DNA of 64,000 nt, taken from NCBI GenBank assembly GCA_964016885.1, contig OZ024763.1, positions 21,080,001-21,144,000 of the forward strand. Direction: 5' to 3'. Below the pieces are notes generated by a model that did no database searches, had not been told where the DNA came from, and saw only the letters and a program-made list of their open reading frames with translations. Source of the stretch: Eledone cirrhosa (taxonomy: Eukaryota). This document shows, in pieces, positions 12,520 to 26,701 of this stretch; the first letter of the stretch is position 1; every line of letters starts with the position of its first letter. The position numbers were made by a program, and so were the translations under genes.

Positions 12520-13085
12520 TTATCGACTCCCGTAAGGATGAAAGGCAAAGTTTCTTATATAGGTACAAGGCCATCAATTTTGGGGGCGGGGACAGTCAAT
12601 TAAATCGACCCCAGTGCGTGACTGGTACTTTATCGACCCCGTAAGGATGAAAGGCAAAGTTTCTTATATAGGTACAAGGCCATCGATTTTGGGGGCGGGG
12701 ACAGTCAATTAAATCGACCCCACTGCATGACTGGTACTTTATCGACCCCGTAAGGACGAAAGGCAAAGTTTCTTATATAGGTACAAGGCCATCAATTTTG
12801 GGGGCGGGGACAGTCAATTAAATCGACCCCAGTGCGTGACTGGTACTTTATCGACCCCGTAAGGATGAAAGGCAAAGTTTCTTATATAGGTACAAGGCCA
12901 TCGATTTTGGGGGCGGGGACAGTCAATTAAATCGACCCCACTGCATGACTGGTACTTTATCGACCCCGTAAGGATGAAAGGCAAAGTTTCTTATATAGGT
13001 ACAAGGCCATCAATTTTGGGGGCGGGGACAGTCAATTAAATCGACCCCAGTGCGTGACTGGTATCGACCCTGTAAGGATGAAAGG
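12520..13085 (-). repeat. Tandem array of 5 x 109-bp SINE 3' halves
   Basis: aaaggcaaagtttc at 12541, 12650, 12759, 12868 and 12977; units alternate between two variants. Confidence 0.92.
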
Positions 13086-13284
13086 TAATAATCTGCTGCC
13101 AGGCATTTCATCTAACAATTATGTTTCTGCTAATCTGCATTACCAAATTATAACATAAATATTCTATACAAATTATTTTATTAAATTACATTTAATTAAT
13201 TTCAAAGCATCTGCCATTACTCTCTGCTAATGATAATTTTCAGAATTAACTATTAATTTAATCATTAAAAGATTTAATTAATTA

Positions 13285-13865
<581 letters not shown>

Positions 13866-14159
13866 TGCTACTGGATTTCTAATCTTTTTGGTCTTCTTTT
13901 TATATCTGACTAATCAACTGTATTTTTGTAAAGTGAAGATGTCTTTTGAAAAGGTTATGTTTATGTTATTCTGTGTGTGTGTGAGAGATAGAGAGAGAGG
14001 GAGGGAAGTGTGTGTGAGAGAGAGAGGGAAGTGTGTGTGTGTATGTGTGAGAGAGAGTTAGGGCAATATGAGAGTGTGAATGTGTGTGTGTGTGTGAGAG
14101 AGTGAGGGAAGTGTGTCTCTGTGTGCCAGTGAATGAGAAGTGTCTGTGTGTTTGTGTCT

Positions 14160-14490
14160 GTGAGAGAGAGGGAAGTGTATGTCTGTGTTGGTCTGTGTGT
14201 GTGTGTGAAGGAGAGGGAAGTGTATGTCTGTGTTGGTCTGTGTGTGAAGGAGAGGGAAGTGTATGTCTGTGCTGGTCTCTGTGTGTGAAGGAGAGGGAAG
14301 TGTATGTGTGTGTGTATGTGTGCGTGTGAAGGTGAGGGAAGTGTATGTCTGTGCTGGTCTCTGTGTGTGTGAAGGAGAGGGAAGTGTATGTCTGTGTTTG
14401 TGTATGTCTGTGCAGGTCTGTGTGTGTGTGCTGTGTGTGTGTGAAGGAGAGGGAAGTGTATGTCTGTGCTGGGCTCTGTGTCTGTGTTAA
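14160..14490. repeat. Degenerate GT-rich minisatellite
   Basis: gtgaaggagagggaagtgtatgtctgtg is repeated about 6 times. Confidence 0.8.
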
Positions 14491-15480
14491 GTTGACAGTG
14501 ATATTATTTTAACTTAGAAGATGAAATTTGTTGCAATGCCAAAAGAAAAAGAACCAAACTAAAATAATTCTCTTCTATTTGAACAAATCTCAACCGGAAT
14601 GAATTATTATAAAATAGTTATTATAAAATAGGAAATTTGCCTTCCTGTAATCTCAGGTTTTGAAGGGAATAAATTGATAAAATAATAAATTATTTATATA
14701 GGGAGACTTGTTCAAGAGATAAGAAGTTATTTATTGTTAGCTATTTAATTGTTTCTACTTTTGGCACAAGGCCAGCAATTATCCCAGTACATTACTGGTA
14801 CTTTATTTTATCGACCCCGTAAGGATGAAAACAAAGTTAACCTCGGCGGGATTTGAACTCAGACCATAAAGAGGTGTAACTTTTTGCTGCAATGAAGTTT
14901 CTGGATTTATTTTTCTAACTTTATCTTTATCTTTATTTTATTTTATTTTATTTCATTTCATTTTATTTTATTTATTTATCTTTCCTTAATTTGATAGTCG
15001 GCTTAAAAGTTCAGAGGCTGGAAAGTTAATAGGCTGACCAAGATACTCTCATGGAATGATCAAATGAGGTTTATTTTTCAACATAGCCATTTTCAAGTCT
15101 TTCCTTTCCCTGCCTAAATACAGCTGCTCACTTTTGCACTGTTGATAAATATGGAGCATTATCCCCTAGTGTAACGACGATGACAGCATAAATGCCCATT
15201 GGGGGCTAAATCCCCTTTTCTGCAGGTACTTGATAACACCACAATGCTAAATTTTGTCCATTTTTAAGAGAAGCTGCTACTAGTCATTTTTGAAGTCTTC
15301 TCTGAACAGACAGATGTCAGTTTACCTGGAAAGAAACAATCCTGTTGAATGCATATAAGATTTCACAACCCTGGCATCACTTCTTCATGGACTTATATAT
15401 ATAGTGTATATATATATATATATATATATATAACTCGATAATCGAATCCTCTTTGGATTTTGGTCTTTGTATTTATTAAG

Positions 15481-15686
15481 GTGGCCGTGTAGGAAACACC
15501 GTAAAAAGCCTCCTAGTCCACACTGTAAATGTGGTTGGTGTTAGGAAGGGAATCCATCTATAAAAAACCTGCCAAAGATGCTTCCGTGTGAGCGAGGCAT
15601 GGTGTCCCGACCATTCCCCGCATCAAATGGAACAAAATTGTCTAACCCATGCTAGTGTGGAAGATGGATGTTAAACGATGATGATG
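15481..15686 (+). mobile_element. Unamplified monomer of the RTE-type 3' end related to the 112-bp unit
   Basis: gtggccgtgtagg...ccacactgtaaatgtggttggtgttaggaaggg...ccatgctagtgtgg...(gat)n. Confidence 0.8.
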
Positions 15687-16158
15687 TATATATATATATA
15701 TATAAATTCAGCGAGGATCGTATTTCGGCTGGTAGAAAAAGCGAAACGAAATGCAAAATCATAGAAATGCTGGCAAGCGCTCCAATAGTTAAGAAAAATT
15801 AGAGCTAAACAATATGTTAAAATGCCATACAAACTGAAAAGTGGTCAAGAAGGCATTAACCACCTAAGCCAAAAAACAAGTCAAGCTAAACAGGTCAAAC
15901 AAAATAAATGATATAAACAGACCTGGACCCAAATGGAATTGATGGTAAAATTCAAATCCAAATGTATATATATATATATAGTATTAAGGGTACTATTTAT
16001 GGTTATGTATGCAATAAAACCTTTAATGGTAATATATTATATATACACAAACCCTAAATAGTGAAAGATAGTCATTAATTACTATCCTATTACCAGTAAG
16101 ATAAATAGCTCAATGTAATAACATCAGTTGTTTTACAGAGCAGTTATATATATATATA

Positions 16159-16340
16159 TATGAGGGTAGGTTGAAAAATTCATAGACTGACCAAGATACT
16201 CTCATTGAATGACCAAATGAGGTTCATAGTCCCTGGAAAGAAACAATGCTGTTATTAATAAGCAAAAGTTGAAATTAATGCTTGCAAGATTTCACATCTT
16301 TAGCATCACCCCTTCATCAACTATTCAGCCCACCTTCGTA
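16159..16340. mobile_element. Tc1/mariner-type MITE with TA TSD
   Basis: Imperfect TIRs tatgagggtaggttgaaaa / tattcagcccaccttcgta. A related older fragment sharing ctgaccaagatactctcat lies at ~15010-15395. Confidence 0.7.
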
Positions 16341-16758
16341 AAGAATCTCAAAATAAAAAAATAATAATTAAAAAAAACAACCTTATTGACAATTCTAAAT
16401 TTTGTAAACTTTCTTTGTTGGATCACCCATCATCATTTTAGAATTTTCATAAAATAATTTCTAGACTTCTTTAGAGCAAACATGTTATATTTCCATTATT
16501 TTTTTGAAATATGTGTTATATTTTGGATAACATTCAAAACGGTATTGGAAAATTTTGTGAAGCAAAATGAGATGTTAAAAATAGCTTTTAATGCTGGAAA
16601 CGAATTAATATTAAATTTCAATATATTCTTCCTATTTTTATTTTCATTTTATTCTTCTCTCTTTGTCATATGTGATACTTTACTGTTAGGGAACTATTTT
16701 TTCTTATTTCTGTTTATAATTATTTACCTCAAATATATTCAATATGTTTGTATTGAAC

Positions 16759-16812
<54 letters not shown>

Positions 16813-16890
16813 TGTGTCTATATATATATATTATCTTTACTACCAAATAGATATGTGTGTATGTATATATACATATTTATATGTATGTTT

Positions 16891-16942
<52 letters not shown>

Positions 16943-17557
16943 ATATATATATATATGTATGTATATATACATATATATGTATGTATATATATATATATAT
17001 GTATGTATATATACATATATATGTATATATATATACATATATGTATGTATATTTATATATATATTTATGTATATGGATGAATATAAGGAAATAAACGCTA
17101 ATTTTAAATTTTGAGGTTAACAAGCTGTTCGAAAGCCATTTAAACTTTTGGTGTGTGTGCGTGCGTGCATGTGCCCATGTGTGTGTATAGGTGTGTGTGT
17201 GTGTGTGAAACATTGGCTTATCAATAACTGTGGGAGTATTGATTTCTAATTGAGGAACAAGGCCAGCAAATTTTGGGAATGGCAAAATTGATTAAATCCA
17301 CCCCAATACTTGACTGCTACTTTATTTTATCAACCCTGGGAAGGATGAAAGATAAAGTTGACCTCAGTGGGATTTGAACTCAGAATGTAAAGAACCAACA
17401 AAACAAATACCACAATGGCATTTTATCCAAAGAGCTACCAATTCTGCCAGTCTAACACCTTTGGGAATGTTCAGTGACATTAACCAATAAAATAGTAGTT
17501 TTGAAACATCAGTAGATCAAAGGTTTGGTTACTTAACTGATTAGAAAGAAAGTACAA

Positions 17558-17603
<46 letters not shown>

Positions 17604-17604
17604 G

Positions 17605-17731
17605 TATGTATCTGACTGTCGATCGTTTTTTGTCAAATCGGACCAAGGAAACAATGTTTCCATTGGTCTTTCCAATTGCTAGTACTATCTATGTATATAT
17701 ATATGTATATATATATATGTATATATATATG

Positions 17732-17762
<31 letters not shown>

Positions 17763-18237
17763 GTATATATATATGTATATATATATGTATATATATATAT
17801 ATATTTTAAGGAACGATCGACTTTCGTCAAATCGGGACTGAGGGAACAATGTTTCCGTTGGTCTTTCCAATTGCTAATACTATCTATCGGTCGCAACTCC
17901 AGGTAGAAGGAGCAACGTGAAATAAAGTGTCTTGCTCAAGGACATAACGCATCACCCAGTCCAGGAATCGAACTCACAACCTCAAGATTGTGAATCCAAT
18001 TCTCTAACCACTCAGCCACACACCTATATATATATGTATGTATCCGACAGTCGATCGACTTTTGTCAAATCGGACCAAAGAAACAATGTTTCCGTTGGTC
18101 TTTCCAATTGCTAATACTATCTATTGGTCGCAACTTCAGGTAGAAGGAGCAACGTGAAATAACGTATTGCCCGGTCCAGGAATCGAACTCACAACCTCAT
18201 GATTGAGAATCCAATTCTCTAACCACTCAGCCACACG
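17605..18237 (-). mobile_element. Cluster of ~2.5 copies of the same CORE-like SINE as 40205-40419, separated by (TA)n
   Basis: gtcaaatcgg...aacaatgtttcc...ttggtctttccaattgcta occurs three times; heads end ~18025 and ~18237. Confidence 0.85.
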
Positions 18238-20544
18238 TATGTATGAATATATATATGTACACACACGCATATATATGATAATGATAATGAAAATTATTGT
18301 GTACAGTGCTCAGGTGCACTACAACTCATCAAAGGTGCATGTATAGTACATAGAATAATGTTCAAATGTCACACACACACACACACACACATATATTTTG
18401 CATATATACATACATATGTATATATACAGGCACACATACACACATGCTGAAAGAGATTTAGTTGCCCATATTGATTCTAGTACATCTTCTTTTCAAGCTT
18501 GGTACTTATTTTATCGATGTCTCTTTGTCAAACTGCTAGATTATGGAACAAAATCACAGACACAGACACAAACAGACACACATCAAATATATTGATAATT
18601 TCTTGTTTATCAATGAAATATGTAGTGAATATGAAATTTTATTTTTTAATTGCTTAGACAAATTTTAATTCGATTTGCTGAATAAATAAAAGAAAAGCTT
18701 TGATTTTTGAAACTAAAATCTATATCTTTTTGCTTTTTAGAAAATATTTTTTTTTTTCTCAGCACTAATATTTGAAACACTACAGAAAAAAAACACTCTT
18801 AGTAGAGAGCTAAATAGCAGAACAAAACAAAATACCAGTGCATCTAAGCATCTGTGTGTTGTTTCTCTGTTTACTTATGTGTATATAATTATTTAAAATA
18901 ATTTACTGACAGTTATTAGTCCAAATTTAGGTGCCAAATAAGGATAGTCAAACAGAATATTTTATTCTAAATTACTTTACCAATTCAGTTTACTGCAAAA
19001 AAAACACAAAACAACCAAAATTAAAAACTAAAAAAAAAAAAAAAAAAATAAGAGCATGTGTTCAGTTTTAGATTTTAGTCTGTATTTGTCGACAGTCATG
19101 GTTTTGTTTGAAAATTTAAACCTTAATGGAACTGACAGATTTTTTTTAACACTTAAATCAATATTTAATTACTGACTTTTATATATTTTTTTTAAATATT
19201 TATTTATTTGTTGGTTTAAGTTTGATGTCTTGTAAGATGTAATTAAAATTGAGATTTCTCTTCAATTTAAAAAAAATTTTTATTTTACGAATGCAACTTT
19301 TTATTTCATATAATGTAATTCAGTGTACAGTGATTATCTAAATAACTGAGTTTAAAAAAATAATTTTAATCTCTAATTATATTTTTAACTAAAAAACAGA
19401 ACAAAAGTAATGGCAGCAGCAATATGTATATATATATACATACATATATATATATATGTGTGTGTGAGTGTATAAATATATATATACATGTATATATATA
19501 TATATATATATACACACTCACACACACATATATGTGTGTGTATGTGTGAGTGTCCAGCAGTTACCCATGCATACCAGCCTCCCTCTCCACATCCATTTTG
19601 AATGGAACATTAGATAACACTATGTCCAGTATTGAAATAATGTTTCTTTAAATCACTTCACTCTATTTTAAAATGAACATGCTTCCCGAAATACGCCAAA
19701 ACTACACCTGATGTACCCCTTCCATACACATGCACACATGTGTGTATCATGACTCGTGCACTGTTGATTTTACTGATGTTTGTGCATTGCCCTATGTACT
19801 GTACATGCACTTTTTTGATGAGTTGTGGTGCACCTGGGCACTGTACACAATATTTCATTATTATTATTATTATATCATGACTCATACACTGTTCATTTTC
19901 CTGACATTTGTACATTATTCTATGTACTATACATGCACCTTTGATGAGTTGTAGTGCACCTGAGCACTGTACACAATAATTTCATTATCATTATCATTAT
20001 AACGCTATGTCCAGTATTGAAATAACGTCTTTTTTAAATCACTTCTCTCTATTTTTAAAGGGACATTAGATAACTCTATGTCCAGTATTGAAATGACATT
20101 TCTTTAAATGGAATAAGAAGTGACTAGTTTAACGTACACACTTGTGGTAATAATGAGTTTAGAGTTGTAGCTAAAAGCATTATATTTTTTTCAATTGTAA
20201 TAATTAGCTGGTTGAAAAAGATAATGAATAAAAATTGAAAATGTTGATTGATAGCTAATGTCATAAACCTGTTATATGGCCTGTGGTATTAAGTGTCAGT
20301 TATTGTAACACTTGTATCAAGAAGGTCATCTTTAAAGATTATGAAAAGGAGTTAGCGTGTGTGATAGCAAATTGAAAATTAATTTTTTTGTTAAAAAATT
20401 GCAGAAATGAATGGTGTGAAGTTTAGTTCTTTAAGGCAGGTTTGTCACAGTGCTTTGATCCATTTTAAAATATTGATTCTCTGTTCAGAATTTACCATTT
20501 TTTAATGTTTGTGTTTCTTCCTTCGTCTTCATTCTATAAATGTG

Positions 20545-20940
20545 TGGAGGTGCATGGCCAAGTGGTAAGGGTGTTAGACTTACGATCATGATGTCAGGCG
20601 TTCGATTCTTGGACTGGGTTGTGTGTTGTGTTCTTGAGCAACACACTTCATTTCACATTGCTCCAGTATACTCTGGCCTAGTGGTAAGAGTGTTGGACTT
20701 ATGTTCATAATGTTGTGGGTTTGATTCCTGGACTGGGTTGTGTGTTGTGTTCTTGAGCAAAACACTTCATTTCACATTGCTCCAATATACTCAGCTGAAA
20801 GTAAGTACCAGCAATAGCTGGGGGTTTAACCCTGCGATGGACTGGTGTTCTGTCTAGGCGGTAGTCTTGTACTCTCAGTTGCTTCATGCCACAGAAACCA
20901 GGATAAGCACAGGTCTGATGACGCTTCGGGCTTGTGACCC
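20545..20940 (+). mobile_element. tRNA/CORE-like SINE with duplicated head and V-domain-like tail
   Basis: Two heads (tggccaagtgg, tggcctagtgg; ttcttgagcaa) followed by aaccctgcgatggactgg...cagaaaccaggataagcac. A single-head sister copy lies at 31195-31482. Confidence 0.8.
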
Positions 20941-22254
20941 AAAAAACTGATGGTAGATGTGGGTGAGGATAGCTTATATTCGGAGTCAATATTTTGATGA
21001 TTTTCCCAAACTTCAAATTCTGCAGAAATAGGGTTCACTTTATTGCCGATTTCTCAGATATATAATTGTGGGGTCGGCTTATATTCGAGTATTTATGATA
21101 ATTCAACCCTTTTACAACATATTTTTAATGACAGACACTACCTAGTATTTTCAAATAATTTAAAAAATACACACATATAAGTGTAGTTTATAGGTTTATC
21201 ATAATTTTTATCAGATAGTTAACTTTAAAGAAATGTAGCATATACTTTAAATCTTGAACTTTTCTTCTATTAAAATCAACTATAATTGTTTCTACTTTAG
21301 GCACAAGGCCAGCAATTACCCAGTGCATTACTATAATAATAGCCAATGTGTGTTTATATATATGTCTGTCATGCTTTGAAGGGGAAAGATACTTATAGAC
21401 AATAGAACTACAAACATATACACATCTACACATAGATATACATAAACAGACACATTAGACAAAATAATTATTACATAGACACACATCTATGGAAGGGAGG
21501 ATGGGGTGAGAAACTATAGAAGACCAACATTTTAAGATTTGGCACACTTGTAGTTAATAAAAATTCAAATAATTTTACAACCTTTCTAATTCGGTTCTTG
21601 AATCTAATCTATATTTAAACTTCAATTTCTATACTTAGCTAAGTTTAAAATATTGAACACTAACATAGTAGATTTAATTTCAACTTTCCTAAAAAAAAAT
21701 AGTGGTGGGGAATATGTACAGTACCATTCTTCTCTGGCAGACTGTAGCCAATCAAATTATTTCACTCAAAATGTTTGCTATTTCAGTCAGAGAGGATCTA
21801 TCTTACTGTAAACATACTTTTAATATAGAAACAGAAAATAGAAAAATAAATCAAATCATTTTGAAAAAGTAAAATTTTCTTCTTTACTCTAATACTAATT
21901 CTATACCCAGCATGTCTGTATGTAAAAATTTGTAGTGTAAACCAAACTTTGAATATTGTTTATATCTATTTTATAAGCTGCTTTAAGTTTTTCTATTTGG
22001 GAATTTTTTTTGGGGGAAAAAAAAGAATATATATATATATCATCATCATCACAGTATATATATATATATAGAGAGAGTAATAATAATTATAAAAACCAAT
22101 ATCTGAAGAGGGTTCAATAAGGATTGTATATATATATATATATATATAGTTCAATTAAAGAGAGTTAGTTGATTTAGAATCAGCCGACTTTCGAAATACG
22201 TATAATGAAATAAATAGGGATGGCCTAAAGTAACTGTCTTTTGTTTATTATATA

Positions 22255-22583
22255 TCATCATCATCATCATCATCTTTACGTCCGCTTTTCCCTGCTTGCA
22301 AGGGTGGGACGAGAACTAATTCTGGCTTGATTTCTACAGCTGGATGCCCTTCCTAACACCAACCTCATTTACAGTGAGTGCTGGGTGCTTTTTTGCCATG
22401 GCACCTCCACGACCACTTTGCAGTGGAATGATAGGGACCCCAGTCCCTATCATCTCATTTCTACAGCTGAGTAAACTGGAGCAATATGAAATAAAGTGTC
22501 TTGCTCAAGGAAACAACACATCACCCGGTCTGAGAATTGAACCCACACCCTTTCGATTGCAAGGCCAATGCTCTAACCACTAA

Positions 22584-22587
<4 letters not shown>
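22255..22587 (-). mobile_element. tRNA/CORE-like SINE (family 2) with RTE-derived tail
   Basis: Reverse-complement match to 53677-54021 along its length. Confidence 0.88.
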
Positions 22588-22655
<68 letters not shown>

Positions 22656-22881
22656 GTGTAAGCTTAGTAAAATCGAAGCTTTGGCAGTGGGCAAGCAAAG
22701 TCGACCTACAATATGAATGAGTTAGCAAAGCACTCAATCCTTAGAGTAACAACATACGTTTAAAAGCTTGACAAATTGAACATTGTGGTAGGCAAAACCT
22801 AACATACAATACCAGAGCAACACATATATATATATGTATATATATATATAAACTTTAATCTGTACCAATAATATATATATT

Positions 22882-23018
22882 TAAAGAATGTGCCCAAGTG
22901 CAGGAATGGTAGAAAGATAGCTTATACTGATGGCAACTTCTTTTTCCATCTTTTAAGGGTCTTCACTCTATTTTATAAGCTATCTTTATAGCATTTCCGT
23001 GATTGAGCACATTCTTTA
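22882..23018. repeat. Imperfect inverted repeat, ~45-bp arms with a ~47-bp spacer
   Basis: taaagaatgtgcccaa...aaagatagcttata / tataagctatcttt...ttgagcacattcttta. Confidence 0.8.
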
Positions 23019-23542
23019 TATTAAAGCACTGAAACAATATATCTTTAGTGGTCTACTGATGAGATGTAGCTACTGTCTGTATTTATTCATTTCTCTGTCT
23101 TCACCCATATTTTTTATTCATTTTATATATCATTATCATCATCATCATCACTGTTTAGTGTCCATTTTTCCATGCTAGTATGGGTTAGACAAGTTGTCCT
23201 GTTGTGAGACATGCCAGGTCAGTAGACCATGACTTGCTCATACAAAACTGCTTTTGGCTTATATATTTATATTTATATTCACAGTGCATAAAAGCTGAAA
23301 ATTTGGCTTTGTACATTATATATATATCATCATCATCATCATCATCATTTAACATCCATCTTCCACGCTTGCATGGGTTAGACAGTTTTGTTCCATTTGA
23401 TGCAGGAATGGTTGTGGGAGACTATGTCTTGCTCGCACGGAAGCGTCTCTGGCAGGTTTTTTTTTGCAGCTGGATGCTCTTCCGTGTCCCATTTAGGGGT
23501 GTTTCTGAGTGGTTTTCTACAGCTGGATATATATATATATAT

Positions 23543-24512
23543 CATCATCATCATCATTTTACGTCCGCTTTTCCCTGCTTGCAAAGGTGGGACAGGTCTT
23601 ATTCAGCACAGCATCTCTCCACTCGTCACGGTCCCTCGTCATCTCCACCGTGAGCTTCAATGATCTGAGGTCTGTTCTCACCACCTCCGCCCATGTTTTT
23701 CGTGGTCTACCTCTACCACGTTTTCCTTCAACTGGCAATTCCTGGTACTTCTTCACCCATCGGTCATCCTCCATGCACATCACATGTCCATACCACCTCA
23801 GTCTCCTCTCCCGTACACTACATTCTATCCCTCTCAGACACAGTTTCTCTCTCAACACATTTATGCTGGGTCGTTCACGCACATTTACACTGCACATCCA
23901 ACGGAGCATGCTTGCCTCATTTCTCTCCAGCCGTCGCATATCCTCTGCAGTTGCTGCCCATGTCTCACTACCATGCAGCATCGCGCTCCTCACACAGGCA
24001 TCATACAACCGGCCTTTCGTACGCAGGGAGAAACCCTTCTTCGTCAACAGAGGAAGCAGCTCCCTAAACTTCTTCCAACCCGTCCTTATTCTAGATACTA
24101 TGGCCTCGGAACACCCCCCTCCCATGCTAATCTGATCTCCTAGGTACCGGAAGCTATCCACCACTTCTATAGCGCCCTCTTGCATTTGAAAAATGTGTCT
24201 ATCAGTGCGACTTCTACTGTCTAATTTCCCTGTACATCTACTGCATACATATTTCTCCCTACCTGTTAGTTTGCCTGCTATCCCGCTACATCTCTTGTGT
24301 ACCCAGGATCTGCATTGTGTGCATTTTATAGAATTTATGCCAGTTCCTTTTCTGCATATCGAACATGGCCATTTCCCTGACGGAATCAGGGTTTTGTCCT
24401 CTTTTCTACTCATCAACACTTTTGTCTTAGCTAGGTTCACTCTCAGTCCTCTTGCTTCCAACTGCTGTTTCCATAGCCAGAATTTATTCTCTAGCTCCTC
24501 TACTGATTCTGC
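23543..24512 (-). mobile_element. 5'-truncated RTE family B copy (RT C-terminus with PHD-type finger; ORF runs into the tail)
   Basis: Translation IAESVEELE...GLRVNLAKT...CSICRKGTGINSIKCTQCRSWVHKRC...CSRC...FRYLG...RLRWYGHV...ASREKRT*, followed immediately by (GAT)n. Confidence 0.93.
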
Positions 24513-25234
24513 TATATATATATATACACACACACTCACACACACACATATATACCATACTTTACAGAATATAGGATCCACTTTTCCCCCCAAAAATTGG
24601 ACCCTCTAAATCTTATAAGGCGAAGGTCAAATTTGAGATAATTACCATATGTAAAAATTTTATAATTAAAAAGTAGGAAATATTTAGATGCACACTGATT
24701 TTGAGGGTCAAATTTTGGGAAAAAAAAAACTTGGTATATCCCCCCCCAAAAAAAACAGTATATATATATATATATATATAAAGTGTATATAATAATAATC
24801 ATGATTCTCTGTGAGTTTTTATGATTTATGATGTTTATATCTGACATACAAAGTACTTGTAAAATTAAACACAAATTACAACAACAAAAAGAAAGGATGC
24901 ATGTTGTGTGAAAAAAAGTTCAGTCCAGATTTTAAATTAAGACTATAATTTGGCTGTCATATTTGAATACTTTCACATCTGGAATAAAAAAAAATTTTAA
25001 ATAATTAAAAAAAGAGAAGGGGATAAGGAAAAAAAAGGGTCTGTGGGATAATAAAGGAAAGAAAAAGGGTCTGTGGAATAATAAAGGAAAAAAATAATCC
25101 CATGCCACAAGTGCATTGCTGAGTGATAGTGAGGCTAAGGCACTAAATAGCTAAGCACCCTCATGAAGAATTATTTATTTTTGGGGGGACTATTGTTCTG
25201 TTGATTGGTGTTCTGCAATATTTAATAAATAGGC

Positions 25235-25378
25235 CCTGCATCAGATGGCTGGATCTGATTAAAGAAGATCTCCAGAGACTCGACATCACCTTGGAAGATG
25301 TAGATGGGTTGGTATAGGACTGCCAGTGATGGAGGGCACTGGTGGACCTGGTTTGCTCTACGTATGATGATGCTTCTA
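25235..25378 (+). mobile_element. RTE-like LINE 3' fragment, same family as 625-735
   Basis: Shared string catcaccttggaRgatgtaga...gccagtgatggaggg...gctctaYgYatgatgatg. Confidence 0.6.
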
Positions 25379-26701
25379 GGATCACTGACCTAGGTTAACC
25401 CCTGTCTCATTGAGCAAGAGCAAAGAAGAAGAAGGAAGAAGATATAGAAGAAGGAGAAGATGAAGAAGGCTAAGAAGAATGTAAAGAAGGAAGTGAAGAA
25501 GTAGAAGAGGAAGAAGGGCAAAGAAGAAGAAGACTAAGAAGAAGAAGGCTAAAAAGGCAAAGAAGAAAGCGAAGACGACGAAGGCAAAGAAGATAAAGGA
25601 GGAGAAGAAGAAGAAAAGATCATGAAGGAGAAATTTCTTCACACTATCTTATGAGTGAGGGGGGAGGGGGTCCAGCTTATATTCCTATCAGCTTCTATTT
25701 GAATATATAGAGTAAGTTGTAAGAGGATAGAAAAGAACAACAACAGTAACAACAACAATATTTACTTTATCAGAAGACAAAGTGTGTTGTTTATTGAAGA
25801 ATGGTCAATATATGATTGGCACCATTTTATCAGTTTCCTGGTGTGAAGAATAACAACAATGCAGTGAAACATGGCTGATGTCTGAATACAGAAACAATAA
25901 GAGAGGTGGGGGGGGGGGGGGGAGAGACTGAACTTATAGAACCAATATAATAATATGATTCATATAATAATAGACAGTGGTGATGGTGATGATGGTGATG
26001 ATGATGGTGGTGGCAGTGATGATGATGGTGGTGGTTGTAGTTGTGATGATGATGATGGTGGTGGTGGTAATGTTTACAGTGATGTTGCTGGTGATGATAA
26101 TGATGATGGCGATGGTAATAATAATAGACAATGATGATGATGGTGGGGTAGTGGTGGTGGGGTAGTGGCGGTGGTAGTAGTGATGGTGGTGGTGGTGGTG
26201 ATGGTAATGAAGAAGAAGATCATGGTGGTGATAGTAATAATAATTATTTCTACTTTTGGCACAAGGCCAGCAATTATCCCAGTGCATTACTGGTACTTTA
26301 TTTTATCGACCCCGTAAGGATGAAAGGCAAAGTTAACCTCGGCGGGATTTGAACTCAGATCATAAAGGGCCGTGATAGTAATAATAATGATAATGATCAT
26401 GGTGGTGGTAATAGTAATAATAATTATGGTGATTGTTGTGGTGGTATTGATGATGATGGTAATAGTAATGATAATTGCTTGTTGTAGCAGTCATGGTGAT
26501 AATGATGATGATGATGGTGGTGGTGGTGATTCTTGTGGTGGTAGCAGTGATGACAGTGATGTACTTTCCATTCTCTACAAATAAGTAAATTATTTCATGA
26601 CTGAGTGAATTATTTAATATCTCTCAGAATAGTGCTAGCTGATTGCACTGCAAGGGGATAACGCTAAAGAGTAAATACATTTATTGTGAAACACTGAGAG
26701 C

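Noticed and set aside
23025-23085. Hammerhead ribozyme from GAAAC and CTGATGAG; similar partial motifs at ~20915 and 34165-34275
   Set aside because: I could not assemble three stems around the core in the required order.
24552-24760. Possible pogo/Tigger-like MITE ends (also 20960-21100 and 34490-34850)
   Set aside because: Too degenerate to define paired TIRs and TSDs by eye.
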